DNA from: a virus
Lineage: Duplodnaviria > Caudoviricetes
Strand: one strand, 5' to 3'
IMG/VR virus record: IMGVR_UViG_3300031949_000086
Location: 1 to 41,199 of that record
DNA length: 41,199 nt
Shown: piece by piece, positions 18,143 through 27,817 of the stretch
Position numbering within the stretch: position 1 is the first letter of the stretch
How the letters are laid out: every line of letters begins with the position of its first letter
Program-made: the position numbers and the translations under genes
The notes under the pieces: generated by a model
What the model was told of the DNA's origin: nothing
The model's database searches: none
What the model saw: the letters and a program-made list of their open reading frames with translations, nothing else

Positions 18143-18472
18143 TTAGTTCTTTTTATATATGAACAGCAGCCAGCCGATAACGCTCAGGATGCATCCTGCC
18201 GCAACGACCTTTATTATTCCCGCCGCTATATTCATCCAGAATTCCCTCCCGTTTTTGAAATAGTTTTTGCAGTTAAGCAGTTTGTTTACCTTTGCCACAA
18301 GTCCTTCGGGGTTATGGTACAGTGTGTCCCTGAATTCAGTGATGTCGCGGTCTATGGTGTTATGCTTCTCGGTGTGGGTCGCCTGCCAGAGCCGCACGTT
18401 ATCGACTTTGCCGTCTATTGTTTCGAGCTTTTCGTATATCTCCGTCAATCCCGGCATATCTTGCCCCTTCAT
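18143..18472 (-). CDS. coiled-coil plus C-terminal TM protein (holin-like)
   Basis: IAAGIIKVVAAGCILSVIGWLLFIYKKN; start uncertain. Confidence 0.55.
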   Translation of the reverse strand: MKGQDMPGLTEIYEKLETIDGKVDNVRLWQATHTEKHNTIDRDITEFRDTLYHNPEGLVAKVNKLLNCKNYFKNGREFWMNIAAGIIKVVAAGCILSVIGWLLFIYKKN

Positions 18473-18482
18473 CAAATTCGTC

Positions 18483-18532
18483 GTGGCACTGGCTTCCAGC
18501 CAGTGAAATCACGGACAGGATGTCCGTGCTAC
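18483..18532. repeat. REPIN-like doublet (two inverted REP-like palindromes)
   Basis: GTGGCACTGGCTTCCAGCCAGTG AAAT CACGGACAGGATGTCCGTGCTAC (second unit reads GTAG... on the minus strand). Confidence 0.8.
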
Positions 18533-18900
18533 GTTATTTTTTTCTTATGCATCTCATTGTGCCTGCTTTGCAGCTCCGGCGCTGTCGTTGATAACCTTGC
18601 CTTGCCGAAGGTTATGTTATTGACCGAGACGATCCGCCTATCCAGGCCTCCGTAAGTAATGATATCGTCTGGCTGCGGCGAGGCGATTCCCTTGACTGAG
18701 TCGGTAAGCAGGACAAAGTCCTGCTGGTGAAGTTTCGTCTCGCCCTGCTCATTTTGCTCTATCAGAATCTCTTCCGCCAGCGCGACAGCGTTTCGAGTTA
18801 CGGGCGAGCCGCCTTTGGGCATATAGACTATTGAAACCTTCGTCTCGCCCGTATCTATAATGCCGGCAAGATCCGCGGCGATTTGTTCCTGAAAAGTCAT
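18529..18900 (-). CDS. head-tail joining protein (gpFII-like)
   Basis: MTFQEQIAADL...PQPDDIITYGG pattern, directly after the capsid gene. Confidence 0.7.
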   Translation of the reverse strand: MTFQEQIAADLAGIIDTGETKVSIVYMPKGGSPVTRNAVALAEEILIEQNEQGETKLHQQDFVLLTDSVKGIASPQPDDIITYGGLDRRIVSVNNITFGKARLSTTAPELQSRHNEMHKKKIT

Positions 18901-19007
18901 TGCAACCTTCTTATTTTAAGACGCTGATGCCGAAGGAAGCAACCTCTATGAAGCTAAGCTTCGGCATGCCGCTTATGCGGCATTTTATATATCATTATTG
19001 ATAAGGT

Positions 19008-19039
19008 CTATGGGCGGCGGGGGGTAACGCCGCCCATAG
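19008..19039 (-). terminator. strong hairpin after the capsid gene
   Basis: CTATGGGCGGCG-N8-CGCCGCCCATAG perfect 12-bp stem; weak U tail. Confidence 0.6.
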
Positions 19040-19067
19040 CCAAAACCAAAACCGAACAGTGAAAGTC

Positions 19068-20024
19068 TTATTCTAAAGTTGCGTGAGCTGCGTATTGCCA
19101 CAAACCGTAGCCGGCGTTCCGCCAGGTATCGATGCCGAACTGCCAGGCATCGTTATCGAACTCGTAATCGCTGCCCTCAGCTTTGCTCTTCATTTCCAGC
19201 GGCGTCTCCTGCTGTATAATAAATGGGGCCGCCGGTGCGTCCGTCCTGAACGTGACGAATTGCGTTGTGTATGCAAGCTGTGCGTTGGGAACTATACTGA
19301 CGTTGAATCCCTCTGCGGCCAGCGCCTTGATAACGTTTGTCTCGCCGCTTGTGACCTGCGAGTTCAATATGGCCGGGGCGAGTCTCGCCCAAAGGATAGG
19401 ACTTGTCATGATGAGGAAGTTCTTGGCGGTGTCGTTCATCGGCTTGCCCTGGTCATCTTTGTAATTGAGCATGTAAGCTATAACGCCGAGAATGGCGCTG
19501 ATTGCCTCAGAGGGTGTCGGCGCAGCAGCCGTTGCTACATTTAGCGCCGCGACCTGCGCGGCCGCCAAAAGATTGAGCTGCGTCCCGCTGTCGCCTTCGG
19601 AGTGATCGGTATCGAAGAATACATGGCCGTCGTAGCAATAACCCGACGTCGAACCTGTACCGTTGGTAATCAGCGTGCTGAGCAGCTCCAGCCAGTGTGA
19701 CTGCGCCCTCTCGACCATTTCGTCGATGCGGATATTGATTTGGCCGGTCTTGTCACGGCGTATCCACTTGCAGAGAATGTCCATTGTCGCCTCGAAGTGC
19801 TTGTTCTCGATGGTGAAGTTGTTCTCGCGCAGCCCCTTAGCATGCCTTCCGCCTATCCATTCACGAAGTGCCGGCGACTGGCTCAGCATTTCGTAAGTCT
19901 CCGATGACTGGTCCGAATCCATTAATCGGGCAATCCTGTTGACCACGTTTACTCCCTTGTCCTGCTGCAGCCGGGCGAAAAATTTACCGATTATCGCCCT
20001 TGACCCTAAAGCTTCGATTCCCAT
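19068..20024 (-). CDS. major capsid protein, Mu gpT-like family
   Basis: PALREWIGGR, IENKHFEAT, DGHVFFDTDH, PFIIQ, RNAGYGLWQYA motifs. Confidence 0.92.
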   Translation of the reverse strand: MGIEALGSRAIIGKFFARLQQDKGVNVVNRIARLMDSDQSSETYEMLSQSPALREWIGGRHAKGLRENNFTIENKHFEATMDILCKWIRRDKTGQINIRIDEMVERAQSHWLELLSTLITNGTGSTSGYCYDGHVFFDTDHSEGDSGTQLNLLAAAQVAALNVATAAAPTPSEAISAILGVIAYMLNYKDDQGKPMNDTAKNFLIMTSPILWARLAPAILNSQVTSGETNVIKALAAEGFNVSIVPNAQLAYTTQFVTFRTDAPAAPFIIQQETPLEMKSKAEGSDYEFDNDAWQFGIDTWRNAGYGLWQYAAHATLE

Positions 20025-20102
20025 AATGTGCTCCTTTCATTTTTTTAGACAGGACTTACAACCTGCTATCCTGTCAAATTTTTTCTGTCTGTTTTCAAAA
20101 TG

Positions 20103-20156
20103 CAAAAAGGCGGCCAATACAGAGGATGCAGGCCCCTGCATGGCCGCCTTTTTTGC
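20103..20156. terminator. bidirectional terminator-like hairpin between the decoration and capsid genes
   Basis: AAAAAGGCGGCCA...TGGCCGCCTTTTTT with inner ATGCAGGCCCCTGCAT hairpin. Confidence 0.55.
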
Positions 20157-20188
20157 CGTTACGCTATTTACTTTTCAAAGCCCGCTGT

Positions 20189-20980
20189 TTATGTCTCTAT
20201 TGCCCAGGTGCCGCGACGATCGATTACGTTCCAGCCGGTGCTTGCGTTGAAGATGAGTTTGAGGTAATCGCCGCGCCGAGCCGTCGCCTTGGTATTGGAG
20301 AACTTCTTGCCGTCTCCGCCCGGTCCCAGGTCGCAGCCGCCTGATATCAGGTCCGCCGCATTGGGGTCGATCACTACCAGCGCAAGTCCGTCGCCCGCCG
20401 CGTTAACGATTGTGATTACATAACCGCCGAGCGTTGTCGTGCCGATACACAGCGTGACGATCTTAGTGTCGGTATCGACGTAAATAATCTTGCCACCGTC
20501 CGCCAGCAGCGATGTGTAATCGTCCGATTTGAGGACGCGGTAAAGATTATTGCCGAACTCATCGACCTCGCCGGGCCGAAACTCGACGACTCCGTGCGTG
20601 GCGTCGATATACCTGTCCAGGACGCCGACGTAGCTGTTGGGCCCGCTGGCGTTGGCGCCGACCATTGTGCAGACCGAATCATCTGAGGCGTAAACCGGCA
20701 GCCCGACGTCCGTGATATAAACCGCCGCGATCGCGACGGCAAGTTTATATCTGCCGCTCCGCACCAAAATATTTTTGGCGCCTGCCACTGCACTGGCGCT
20801 GTTATCGCATTTTTCGATTGCATGTCCCCTGAACCTGTCGCCGGCGACAAGGGGCCTGCCGTAGCCGGCCAGATCCCCGACCATGGCCGACTGATAGACA
20901 ATATCGCTCGCTATGATCGGGATTGACCCTATATCACCCACGTCGATAGTGAGGGGTGCATCTTTTGCTAATGTGGTCAT
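20189..20980 (-). CDS. capsid cement/decoration protein with C-terminal extension
   Basis: ITDVGLPVYASDD motif typical of genes preceding gpT-like capsids. Confidence 0.7.
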   Translation of the reverse strand: MTTLAKDAPLTIDVGDIGSIPIIASDIVYQSAMVGDLAGYGRPLVAGDRFRGHAIEKCDNSASAVAGAKNILVRSGRYKLAVAIAAVYITDVGLPVYASDDSVCTMVGANASGPNSYVGVLDRYIDATHGVVEFRPGEVDEFGNNLYRVLKSDDYTSLLADGGKIIYVDTDTKIVTLCIGTTTLGGYVITIVNAAGDGLALVVIDPNAADLISGGCDLGPGGDGKKFSNTKATARRGDYLKLIFNASTGWNVIDRRGTWAIET

Positions 20981-21046
20981 AATTTATTCCTTTCAAAAAC
21001 TGTTTATTACTTTTTGTTTTTCCTGACATCAAACTGTTTGGAACGT

Positions 21047-21466
21047 TTATTTTTTTACTGTCGGCCTGACCGTTACATCCACGCCGAGTTTCTTCAGCGC
21101 CTCGACTGCCGCCTTCGCCCTGGCCTTGTCGCCCGCCCCCTGCGACCGCTGGAGGTAGTTTTTCAGCGCATCAATCGTTGCCTTCTCCGCAAAGGGCAGT
21201 ACCATTGGCAGCCGCTGGACATCAGTACCGGATACTTTCGCGTAATGGCTCGCCGCCGGCTGCGCAAACGGGTCGCTTGTTTCGAGCAGGAACCCGTCGA
21301 TTTTAAGGTTCGACGGCGTTGTCCCAGCTGCCTCCCTGACCTTTTTTGTGATTGCCTCGATGAGCAACGGGAATTTCTCCGCCACTTTATCAAGCGGGGC
21401 ATCCGCGATTTCCGCAGCTAATTTCGCCGAGAACTGCTCGAACGTTAATCTTTCTTCTCTGCTCAT
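21047..21466 (-). CDS. hypothetical protein (head module)
   Basis: GAAAGG RBS, in operon. Confidence 0.65.
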   Translation of the reverse strand: MSREERLTFEQFSAKLAAEIADAPLDKVAEKFPLLIEAITKKVREAAGTTPSNLKIDGFLLETSDPFAQPAASHYAKVSGTDVQRLPMVLPFAEKATIDALKNYLQRSQGAGDKARAKAAVEALKKLGVDVTVRPTVKK

Positions 21467-21538
21467 AATTTGCCTTTCTTTAATTTGTTATATATTCTTT
21501 CAACTAAATACTAAATACTAACAACTAAACACTAATTA

Positions 21539-22603
21539 CTACTTTACCTGACCGTTTTTTTCGGCTTGTTTGAATGCCACGTAATCTTCGACCTCGCCGC
21601 CGAACTCCGCCTGCAAATCCTTCGATTCGGAGAACTCCTTTTCCCAGCCCTCTTTGTCCGTGGCGGGCTGGCTGGCCTGGTTCTTTTTATCGGCGGCGTC
21701 GTCGCTGAATTCCTGTTTTGCAGGGTCGATTCTCGACTTTGATTTTTTCGCCGCATCCGCCGCCTCTTTTTTCAGCTTGGCGTTTTCCGCCTCGACCGCG
21801 GCGGCCAGCGTAGCGCCGCTCTTAAACTGCTCGACGCAGAACGCAGGGTCGTCCGCGAACCTCACCGCGAACTGGCTGAATAATTCCCGCACCTCTTTAA
21901 CGCCGTCCGCCTTTGCCGCCGCCGTGAGCTGCTGGTGAAGCTGCGGATTATCCGTGGCGAACGTTTCGAGCGTCATCTCTACTTTCGTTTGCTCGTCCAT
22001 AAAAGTCTCCTTTGAATCTTTATTTTCTGATAATATTTCAAACGCCTCAGATACGGTGTTCTTCAGCGCACCGAACACGCAAATGCTTCCTTCCACAATC
22101 AGGGCATTTTTTACCACTGTCCCCGGCCCTTTGAGAACATGGCCGTTTACCTGCACCGACTGGCCATCGGGGACATTCATAATTATCGACCTGTCAGGGT
22201 CGAACCGCAGCGAGCTCTCGAACGGGAACCCTTCGAGCATTTCCTTTTTTACCTGCTGCGAGATTTCCGAACCTTCGAGGAATGTCCCTTCCATAATAAA
22301 CTTGCCTTCGAAGCTTGCCTTGTCGGAAATAGCGAGCCGCTGGTCTGTGTCGTGACTGAACAGTATCGGGTTTTTCTTTTTTGCCATTTTCATCGTTGAT
22401 AGCTCGAAGGCCAAATTGCCCCAGTACCAGTTCTTAACGATTGAGCCGTCATAGAGCGTCAGGCGGACGTTGTTTTTTTCCTGCTGCCCTTCGCCTGCGG
22501 CGAACTCGACCGCTCCGCGCATATTGAATATGAACGGGTCCTTGTCTATTGTGGCACGGACATCCTGCCCGTGATTATTTTCAACTTTATTTACTATTGG
22601 CAT
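21539..22603 (-). CDS. prohead protease/scaffold protein
   Basis: PILFSHD (His), GFPFESS (Ser), EGSICVFGA; charged helical scaffold C-terminus. Confidence 0.85.
   Translation of the reverse strand: MPIVNKVENNHGQDVRATIDKDPFIFNMRGAVEFAAGEGQQEKNNVRLTLYDGSIVKNWYWGNLAFELSTMKMAKKKNPILFSHDTDQRLAISDKASFEGKFIMEGTFLEGSEISQQVKKEMLEGFPFESSLRFDPDRSIIMNVPDGQSVQVNGHVLKGPGTVVKNALIVEGSICVFGALKNTVSEAFEILSENKDSKETFMDEQTKVEMTLETFATDNPQLHQQLTAAAKADGVKEVRELFSQFAVRFADDPAFCVEQFKSGATLAAAVEAENAKLKKEAADAAKKSKSRIDPAKQEFSDDAADKKNQASQPATDKEGWEKEFSESKDLQAEFGGEVEDYVAFKQAEKNGQVK
22551..22573 (+). repeat. REP-like palindrome inside a CDS
   Basis: GTGGCACGGACATCCTGCCCGTG, encodes HGQDVRAT. Confidence 0.8.
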
Positions 22604-22682
22604 CTTTTCTCCTTTTAAACTAAAAACTTAACACTAAAAACTCAAATCTGTTAGTTCATTGTTCATAACTAAAAACTCAAAA

Positions 22683-24425
22683 CTACTTCTCCTCTTCATC
22701 TTCTTTTTCCTCTTTTTCCTCTTTTTCAACAACCGGCTCGACCGTTGTCTTTCTGACCGGCGTATTGCCCCACGACACTGCCGGCAGCCCCAGCACTTTG
22801 CGGGCCTCATTGATTGTTAACAGGCCGTTCTCGATATGGTACTGCAGCACATCCTGGTCATTGAACCGCAGCAGCTTATCGTCTGCCGGCGTCTCCGGCA
22901 GTCCGAGGACGGCCCTCGCTTCTTTTACCCCGATGGGCACTCCCGCCCTGACGCCCTTTGTGATGTCCTCCATTGTCTTTTTATTGTCGTCTTTGCCTGT
23001 CAGACCGAGCTCTTTGCGGAGCGTTTCTTCTTTTGCAAGCTGCGCATTGACCTCGCCGAAGTCCAGTCCTTGCCTTGCACAGATTATCGAGCGGGTAGTT
23101 GTGCCGTTTTTGATTTGCTGCTCATCCGCGGATGCCTCCTTGTATGGGTCAATATAGGGCCAGCGGTTGCAGAAAATCTCGATATTGTTCCAGTCATCCG
23201 GCGCGTTTTTCAGCCGGCCCGACGTAATCAATTGTCCAATCTTCCATCTCCATATTCTCGCCGCCAGCGGCTGCACGACCGCCTTCTGTTCCGTTCGCCA
23301 TCTCTTCTGGGCAGATTGATACGCTATTCTCGCGTTCATAAAGGTGGCGCCCGAGAAATCGCCCGTAACAAGCATCATCGGAAGGCATAAAGGCCTGCCG
23401 ATAATTGAAAGTATCCTCGCCACAAAGGGGTCAAAGGTGGTCCCCGGGTACGCCTGCCCGATTCCGACGGCCGATTCTCCGGGCTTGCCGCGAAGGATTG
23501 TCCCCGGTTCCATTTTTTCGAGCCTGTTGTTGTCCTCATCCAGACCGCTGGTTGATATGCCGCCGGGATACGACTCGGGAATCTCCGTGACTGTCTGCGA
23601 AATGAACATCGAGAAGCACGCGTTGACTTTCATTGCAACCATCGTGGCGTCAATAATGCCGGTCAGATAATCGATATATTTGATTGACTGCGTCAGGACC
23701 GGCTCACCGCGTGAATAAGAGACCCTGTCCGGATTGAAAATGTGAAACACCTTATCGGCCGGGTAATTCTTCCACGAATCCTGCCGGATATATCCCCACT
23801 TGTCCGGCTGCCCGATGTAATAGCCCATGAGTTTTTTTGTCGCCTTCGAGTATGCGACCCCATTTACGATATCAAAAAATTCCGGTGTAGATTTGCCGTA
23901 AGGTGTCCCGATTTGCTCGCCCTCGACCATCTGGAGGTCGTCATCGAGGAATATCACCGCTGCATCCCCGTCTCTTCGGTATGACTTGAACCCAATCTGC
24001 ATTATTCGCGGATAATTGAATCGACCCGTTATATCGATTGGGACATTAACCGCCGTCTCGTCGAAGGCCGCCTCCGCCTCTTCGTTCCATTTCTCATCTT
24101 TCGAGCGGCACTCTATTTTCGGCCCGTCTTCGCCGATTATTTCGTCGGCCTCCGTCTGAAGGAGTCCTTTAGCTATCGGATTATTGCGGGACAGGTCGCG
24201 TCCTATCTCTCGCAATTCCCCGAGCGACGCCTCATTGAGATTTACATCGCCTGTTCCTCCCGATGTTTTTCTCTTTGTTCGGGTCCTGTGCCGGTCGAGA
24301 ACTTCGTATGCGCTGCGGAAGCAGTGTCGCTGATACGCCTTTTTCGGCGACAGTATTCCTATCACAGAATCGGCGAGCTCGCCCGCCCTTTTTGCAAAAC
24401 TTGTTTTTTTAATAACCTCTCTCAT
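22683..24425 (-). CDS. portal protein, lambda family
   Basis: RDLSRNNPIA, SRGEP, TGDFSGATFMNAR, WPYIDPYKE motifs. Confidence 0.93.
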   Translation of the reverse strand: MREVIKKTSFAKRAGELADSVIGILSPKKAYQRHCFRSAYEVLDRHRTRTKRKTSGGTGDVNLNEASLGELREIGRDLSRNNPIAKGLLQTEADEIIGEDGPKIECRSKDEKWNEEAEAAFDETAVNVPIDITGRFNYPRIMQIGFKSYRRDGDAAVIFLDDDLQMVEGEQIGTPYGKSTPEFFDIVNGVAYSKATKKLMGYYIGQPDKWGYIRQDSWKNYPADKVFHIFNPDRVSYSRGEPVLTQSIKYIDYLTGIIDATMVAMKVNACFSMFISQTVTEIPESYPGGISTSGLDEDNNRLEKMEPGTILRGKPGESAVGIGQAYPGTTFDPFVARILSIIGRPLCLPMMLVTGDFSGATFMNARIAYQSAQKRWRTEQKAVVQPLAARIWRWKIGQLITSGRLKNAPDDWNNIEIFCNRWPYIDPYKEASADEQQIKNGTTTRSIICARQGLDFGEVNAQLAKEETLRKELGLTGKDDNKKTMEDITKGVRAGVPIGVKEARAVLGLPETPADDKLLRFNDQDVLQYHIENGLLTINEARKVLGLPAVSWGNTPVRKTTVEPVVEKEEKEEKEDEEEK

Positions 24426-24436
24426 TTTTACACTAA

Positions 24437-24637
24437 TTAAAATTCCGCGACCGTTTTTCCGCCGCCCGCTGTTTCGCGGGTTATTTTATCGAGGATGCGC
24501 TGCTCGCGGTCATACAGCGTCTTGAGACTTGCGCGGGTATAGGTCACCCCTTCGATGGAGTAGCTCTGCCCGTTTGTCTCAATGGCTGTAATCGCCGCCT
24601 GAACGCTCGTCAGTTGTTCCGCCAGTGTTAATGCCAT
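24437..24637 (-). CDS. gpW-like head completion protein
   Basis: AAITAIETNGQSYSIEGVTYTRASLKTL, between terminase and portal. Confidence 0.8.
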   Translation of the reverse strand: MALTLAEQLTSVQAAITAIETNGQSYSIEGVTYTRASLKTLYDREQRILDKITRETAGGGKTVAEF

Positions 24638-24720
24638 TTTTTACAATTCAAATCTTAAAACCTTTAGTTTTGCATTTTGCTTAAATTATCAGCATAAACA
24701 CTGATCTTAAAAAGGGGGTG

Positions 24721-24739
24721 ATTACTAATTATTAGTAAT
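24721..24739. promoter_or_regulatory. palindromic operator upstream of the head operon
   Basis: ATTACTAAT-T-ATTAGTAAT; GATAAT -10-like box on the minus strand near 24685-24690. Confidence 0.45.
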
Positions 24740-24755
24740 GACTTGAAAATTTATT

Positions 24756-24998
24756 TCAGGTATGTTTTTCGACCGATTTGAACGCCAACCCGCATTTTGT
24801 GCACTTGTGATAGCGCACAGGTATGTGATTGCTGTTATATACGGGGCATTTAGTACTCCCGCACTTTGGGCATTTTATCTGGATATATTCGACCATTATA
24901 TCTTCAGGCGGGACCGGCTGGGGGTCTTTGGTCTTGCGCCTTTGTGAGCCGTCGTCGAATCCTAAATCCGGCAGGTTGTCGAGAAATCCATTTCTCAT
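24756..24998 (-). CDS. Ogr/Delta-like zinc-finger protein
   Basis: CPKCGS...RYHKCTKCGLAFKSVE. Confidence 0.75.
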   Translation of the reverse strand: MRNGFLDNLPDLGFDDGSQRRKTKDPQPVPPEDIMVEYIQIKCPKCGSTKCPVYNSNHIPVRYHKCTKCGLAFKSVEKHT

Positions 24999-25000
24999 CC

Positions 25001-25025
25001 GTGTCGCGGGCATCTTGCCCGCGTC
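25001..25025 (+). repeat. REP-like palindrome (intergenic)
   Basis: GTGTCGCGGGCATCTTGCCCGCGTC. Confidence 0.8.
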
Positions 25026-25080
25026 CTCGTTTTAATTCCCTAATTAACCAATTAACCAATCAACTAATCAACCAATTCGC

Positions 25081-27075
25081 TCATGTTAATCCCGGCAGAT
25101 TATCCAAAAATCCTTCTCCCTCCGCCGGTCTATGTGGTTTGGGTTTTGGTTTTACGGTCTGCTCCGCCTTCCAGAACTGCACGCCCCTGTGATATCCCGC
25201 CGCCGTCGAGAGCACGGCCGCATCGAGACAGTGAACCGGCGCATCCTGATATTTCGGCACCCATATCCGGTGAGGGCGGCCGTGCTGGTCGTATTTTTTG
25301 GAGCGCCTCTCATTCGTGAGATGCTTGAAATAATAGTCCGGGATTTCCGCGTAAAACTTTGTCCCCGTCTCCGGCCCGCCGCCGAGGTCCCTTGCAACCT
25401 CGTCCTTGAAGTACTGCGTATCTACATTAATCAGGACCATGCCCTTGTAAATCTGCGGGTTCCGCAGCCGACGCGCGGTCGCCTTGTCCAGGTCGCTCGC
25501 GGCCAGCGGCGTTCGCTGGTCGGTCGATGCGCCCTTTGTCGGGAGCATTTGCCTGGGGCGCCTGCGGCATTGCCGATATATAATGTCCGCTTCGAACCCC
25601 GAATCGACAAATTCGAGGACAACGCTGAGCATCGGCTTGTCCTTGTTCGGCCCTTCGGGGTTCGACCACGGGAAGGGACTCTCCCAGATTTCCTTGTCGT
25701 GCTGCTGCCAGCTCGTCACAACGCCCGACTTGATGACCCATCGGCGTCCTTCAAGTCCGAACCCGCGGACTTCGTAGTATATTTGCTCTACTCCCTGCTC
25801 GTTTTTGTGATAGTCTGTCCCCGCCGTCAGCATTAAGCAGCTGTCCGGCACCGTGCCTGCGCTGAAATCGCCGCGGCGGGAGAACAGGTCCGCCTCTTTA
25901 ATCGGCTCGATTTCATCTTCCCAGGGTTCGACGAGCCGGTTATTGCGGAAGTGCATTAATTTACCGACAACCTTGCCTTCAGGCGTGTTCGCCTCGAACC
26001 ACTCCGCCATTAGCTCATTCCAGGAGCTTTTTTCCCACGGCAGAATTAAGGCGTTGAATTCGAAGCCGCAGTGCCGGCGCGATACGATCGCCTCGCCCCG
26101 CCCATCCCGAAGGAACGGGATGCCTGAAACTTCGGCATCGGATGGGCGGGGCGAATCCGTGATTTGCCCGCTCTGTAATATTTTTTGTCCCCTCGGCACC
26201 CATACACCTGCTGCGACGTGTTCCTGCTTCTGCCAGAACTCAATTTTCGCCCGGCACACCTCGCAGCGGTAATATATAGCGCCGATTTTCTTTCTGATTT
26301 CGTCAGGATTGCGCAGCGCGGGTGGGCAAATAAGATGTATCCATTTCCACGTCCGGAACTCGCCGCAACGATGGCACGGGATGTAATATTGCTGTTGATT
26401 CGAGAGGGCGTAGTATTGCAGAATCAGGTCGCTCGCCAATAGCAGCGATGATACCCGCACTAATTTTCTGTCGGGAAATGTGTCGGTCCTGTCCTTGCCG
26501 CGGTCGAGAGGATTGCTGACCTTGCCTGCAAACGGCGGGTAGTCTTTTATTTCGTCGAACAGCATATTCTTTATGGGCTTGCTCGAGGACGCCGCAGGCG
26601 AGTTGCTGCCCATAAAATATAGCGGCATATTATCGAAGCTGAAGCCGGCATATCCCATATCATAGCCGCTCGTAATATGCTTCATCAGGGCCTCGCATTT
26701 TTCGACCATCGGGCGCAGCCGATTTTCGACAAGTCCCTTGAAGTCATCGTCCCTTGCCTCCATCAGTCCCGTCGGCGCCGGGTCGCAATCAACGGTCCAG
26801 CCCAGCATATTAAAGAGCGCCTCTGTCACGCCTGCCTGCGTCGGCTTGATAACGTCTATCTCTTCGACCTCCGTGTCGCTGTAGGCGTCCATTATCGCAC
26901 GCAAATACGGCGTCCTGTCTGTCCGCCACGGTCCGTATTCCGCCGATGACCGGGAGTCGAGCACTCTATGTCTGTCCGCCCACTCGCTGACCGTCCTCTG
27001 CTGCGGCAAGCGCCACGCCTCGCGCTCCGCCGCCGACCAAATTGTCGTATTTGTTCGTTTTAATTTCGTATCCAT
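25081..27075 (-). CDS. terL: terminase large subunit, lambda GpA family
   Basis: VSEWADRHRVL, WRTDRTPYL, KPTQAGVTE (Walker A-like), LFDE (Walker B), CHRC/CEVC, LTAGTD, FVDSG, HCLD. Confidence 0.95.
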   Translation of the reverse strand: MDTKLKRTNTTIWSAAEREAWRLPQQRTVSEWADRHRVLDSRSSAEYGPWRTDRTPYLRAIMDAYSDTEVEEIDVIKPTQAGVTEALFNMLGWTVDCDPAPTGLMEARDDDFKGLVENRLRPMVEKCEALMKHITSGYDMGYAGFSFDNMPLYFMGSNSPAASSSKPIKNMLFDEIKDYPPFAGKVSNPLDRGKDRTDTFPDRKLVRVSSLLLASDLILQYYALSNQQQYYIPCHRCGEFRTWKWIHLICPPALRNPDEIRKKIGAIYYRCEVCRAKIEFWQKQEHVAAGVWVPRGQKILQSGQITDSPRPSDAEVSGIPFLRDGRGEAIVSRRHCGFEFNALILPWEKSSWNELMAEWFEANTPEGKVVGKLMHFRNNRLVEPWEDEIEPIKEADLFSRRGDFSAGTVPDSCLMLTAGTDYHKNEQGVEQIYYEVRGFGLEGRRWVIKSGVVTSWQQHDKEIWESPFPWSNPEGPNKDKPMLSVVLEFVDSGFEADIIYRQCRRRPRQMLPTKGASTDQRTPLAASDLDKATARRLRNPQIYKGMVLINVDTQYFKDEVARDLGGGPETGTKFYAEIPDYYFKHLTNERRSKKYDQHGRPHRIWVPKYQDAPVHCLDAAVLSTAAGYHRGVQFWKAEQTVKPKPKPHRPAEGEGFLDNLPGLT
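26097..26150. repeat. 54-bp nested hairpin element, copy A (in frame within terL)
   Basis: CCCGCCCATCCCGAAGGAACGGGATGCCTGAAACTTCGGCATCGGATGGGCGGG, identical to 35043-35096. Confidence 0.92.
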
Positions 27076-27169
27076 GTTAATCCGTGGTTGATTTTGTGTT
27101 TTGAATTTTTCCTTTTTAGTAATTCGATATTGTTTCGGATTTCGGATTTAGTGCTTCGGGTTTTTCACC

Positions 27170-27817
27170 TCACCTGCGGAATCCTTCTATAATCTGTCGA
27201 TTCTCCCTGTCTATCAGCTCCTGTATCTTTCGCGGGTCTATCATTGCTGCAAGCTGGAGCGCGAGTTTCCGGCCCTGACCCAACAGCGCCCTTTTGACCG
27301 CCAGGATCTTCTGGATATTTACCCGCTCGGATTCTTCTTTAAGAATGAACCTTCCCTGTTTTTCATGCAGCTCCAGCTTTGCCAGCTCAGCCCGCGTCTC
27401 TTTGAGCGACGCCTCGCCCTCATCCCGCCGGCTGCGGGCCTTCGTCGGCTTTTTCCCCTCGTTTTCGGCAAAGAGCTTGAGCTGACTTTTAACATAGACT
27501 TTGCGTCCGTTTTTGACGGCCGTGAACATCCCTTCTTTTTCCCACCGTCGAATTGTGCGGGCGTTTCTGCCCACGTACAGTGCCGCGGCCTCCTGCGTCT
27601 CGACGATTTCGGCGGCGACCTCTGCTTTGTTGTCTTTTTTTGTCGCTCGGCCATTATTTTTTTCCTGCGGGCCGGTCGTTTTTTTTCCGCTCATTTGGTT
27701 CTCGAATTCGTTCAGTTCGGCCAGTTCCGCCCTCGACAGCGGCCGATTGTTTCTGATTCGCGTCAGCAGGTGCAGGTGTCTTTGTTTTTGTGCGATTTCA
27801 ACCGCCGGCGGCTTCAA
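27170..27817 (-). CDS. terS: terminase small subunit (Nu1-like)
   Basis: HTH (QEAAALYVGRNARTIRRWEKEG) plus coiled coil (AELAKLELHEKQGRFI), directly upstream of terL; start uncertain. Confidence 0.8.
   Translation of the reverse strand: MKPPAVEIAQKQRHLHLLTRIRNNRPLSRAELAELNEFENQMSGKKTTGPQEKNNGRATKKDNKAEVAAEIVETQEAAALYVGRNARTIRRWEKEGMFTAVKNGRKVYVKSQLKLFAENEGKKPTKARSRRDEGEASLKETRAELAKLELHEKQGRFILKEESERVNIQKILAVKRALLGQGRKLALQLAAMIDPRKIQELIDRENRQIIEGFRR

Noticed and set aside
19068-20024. Transposable Mu-like phage
   Set aside because: Only the capsid is gpT-like; there is no MuA/MuB, packaging genes are lambda-type and recombinases are tyrosine-type
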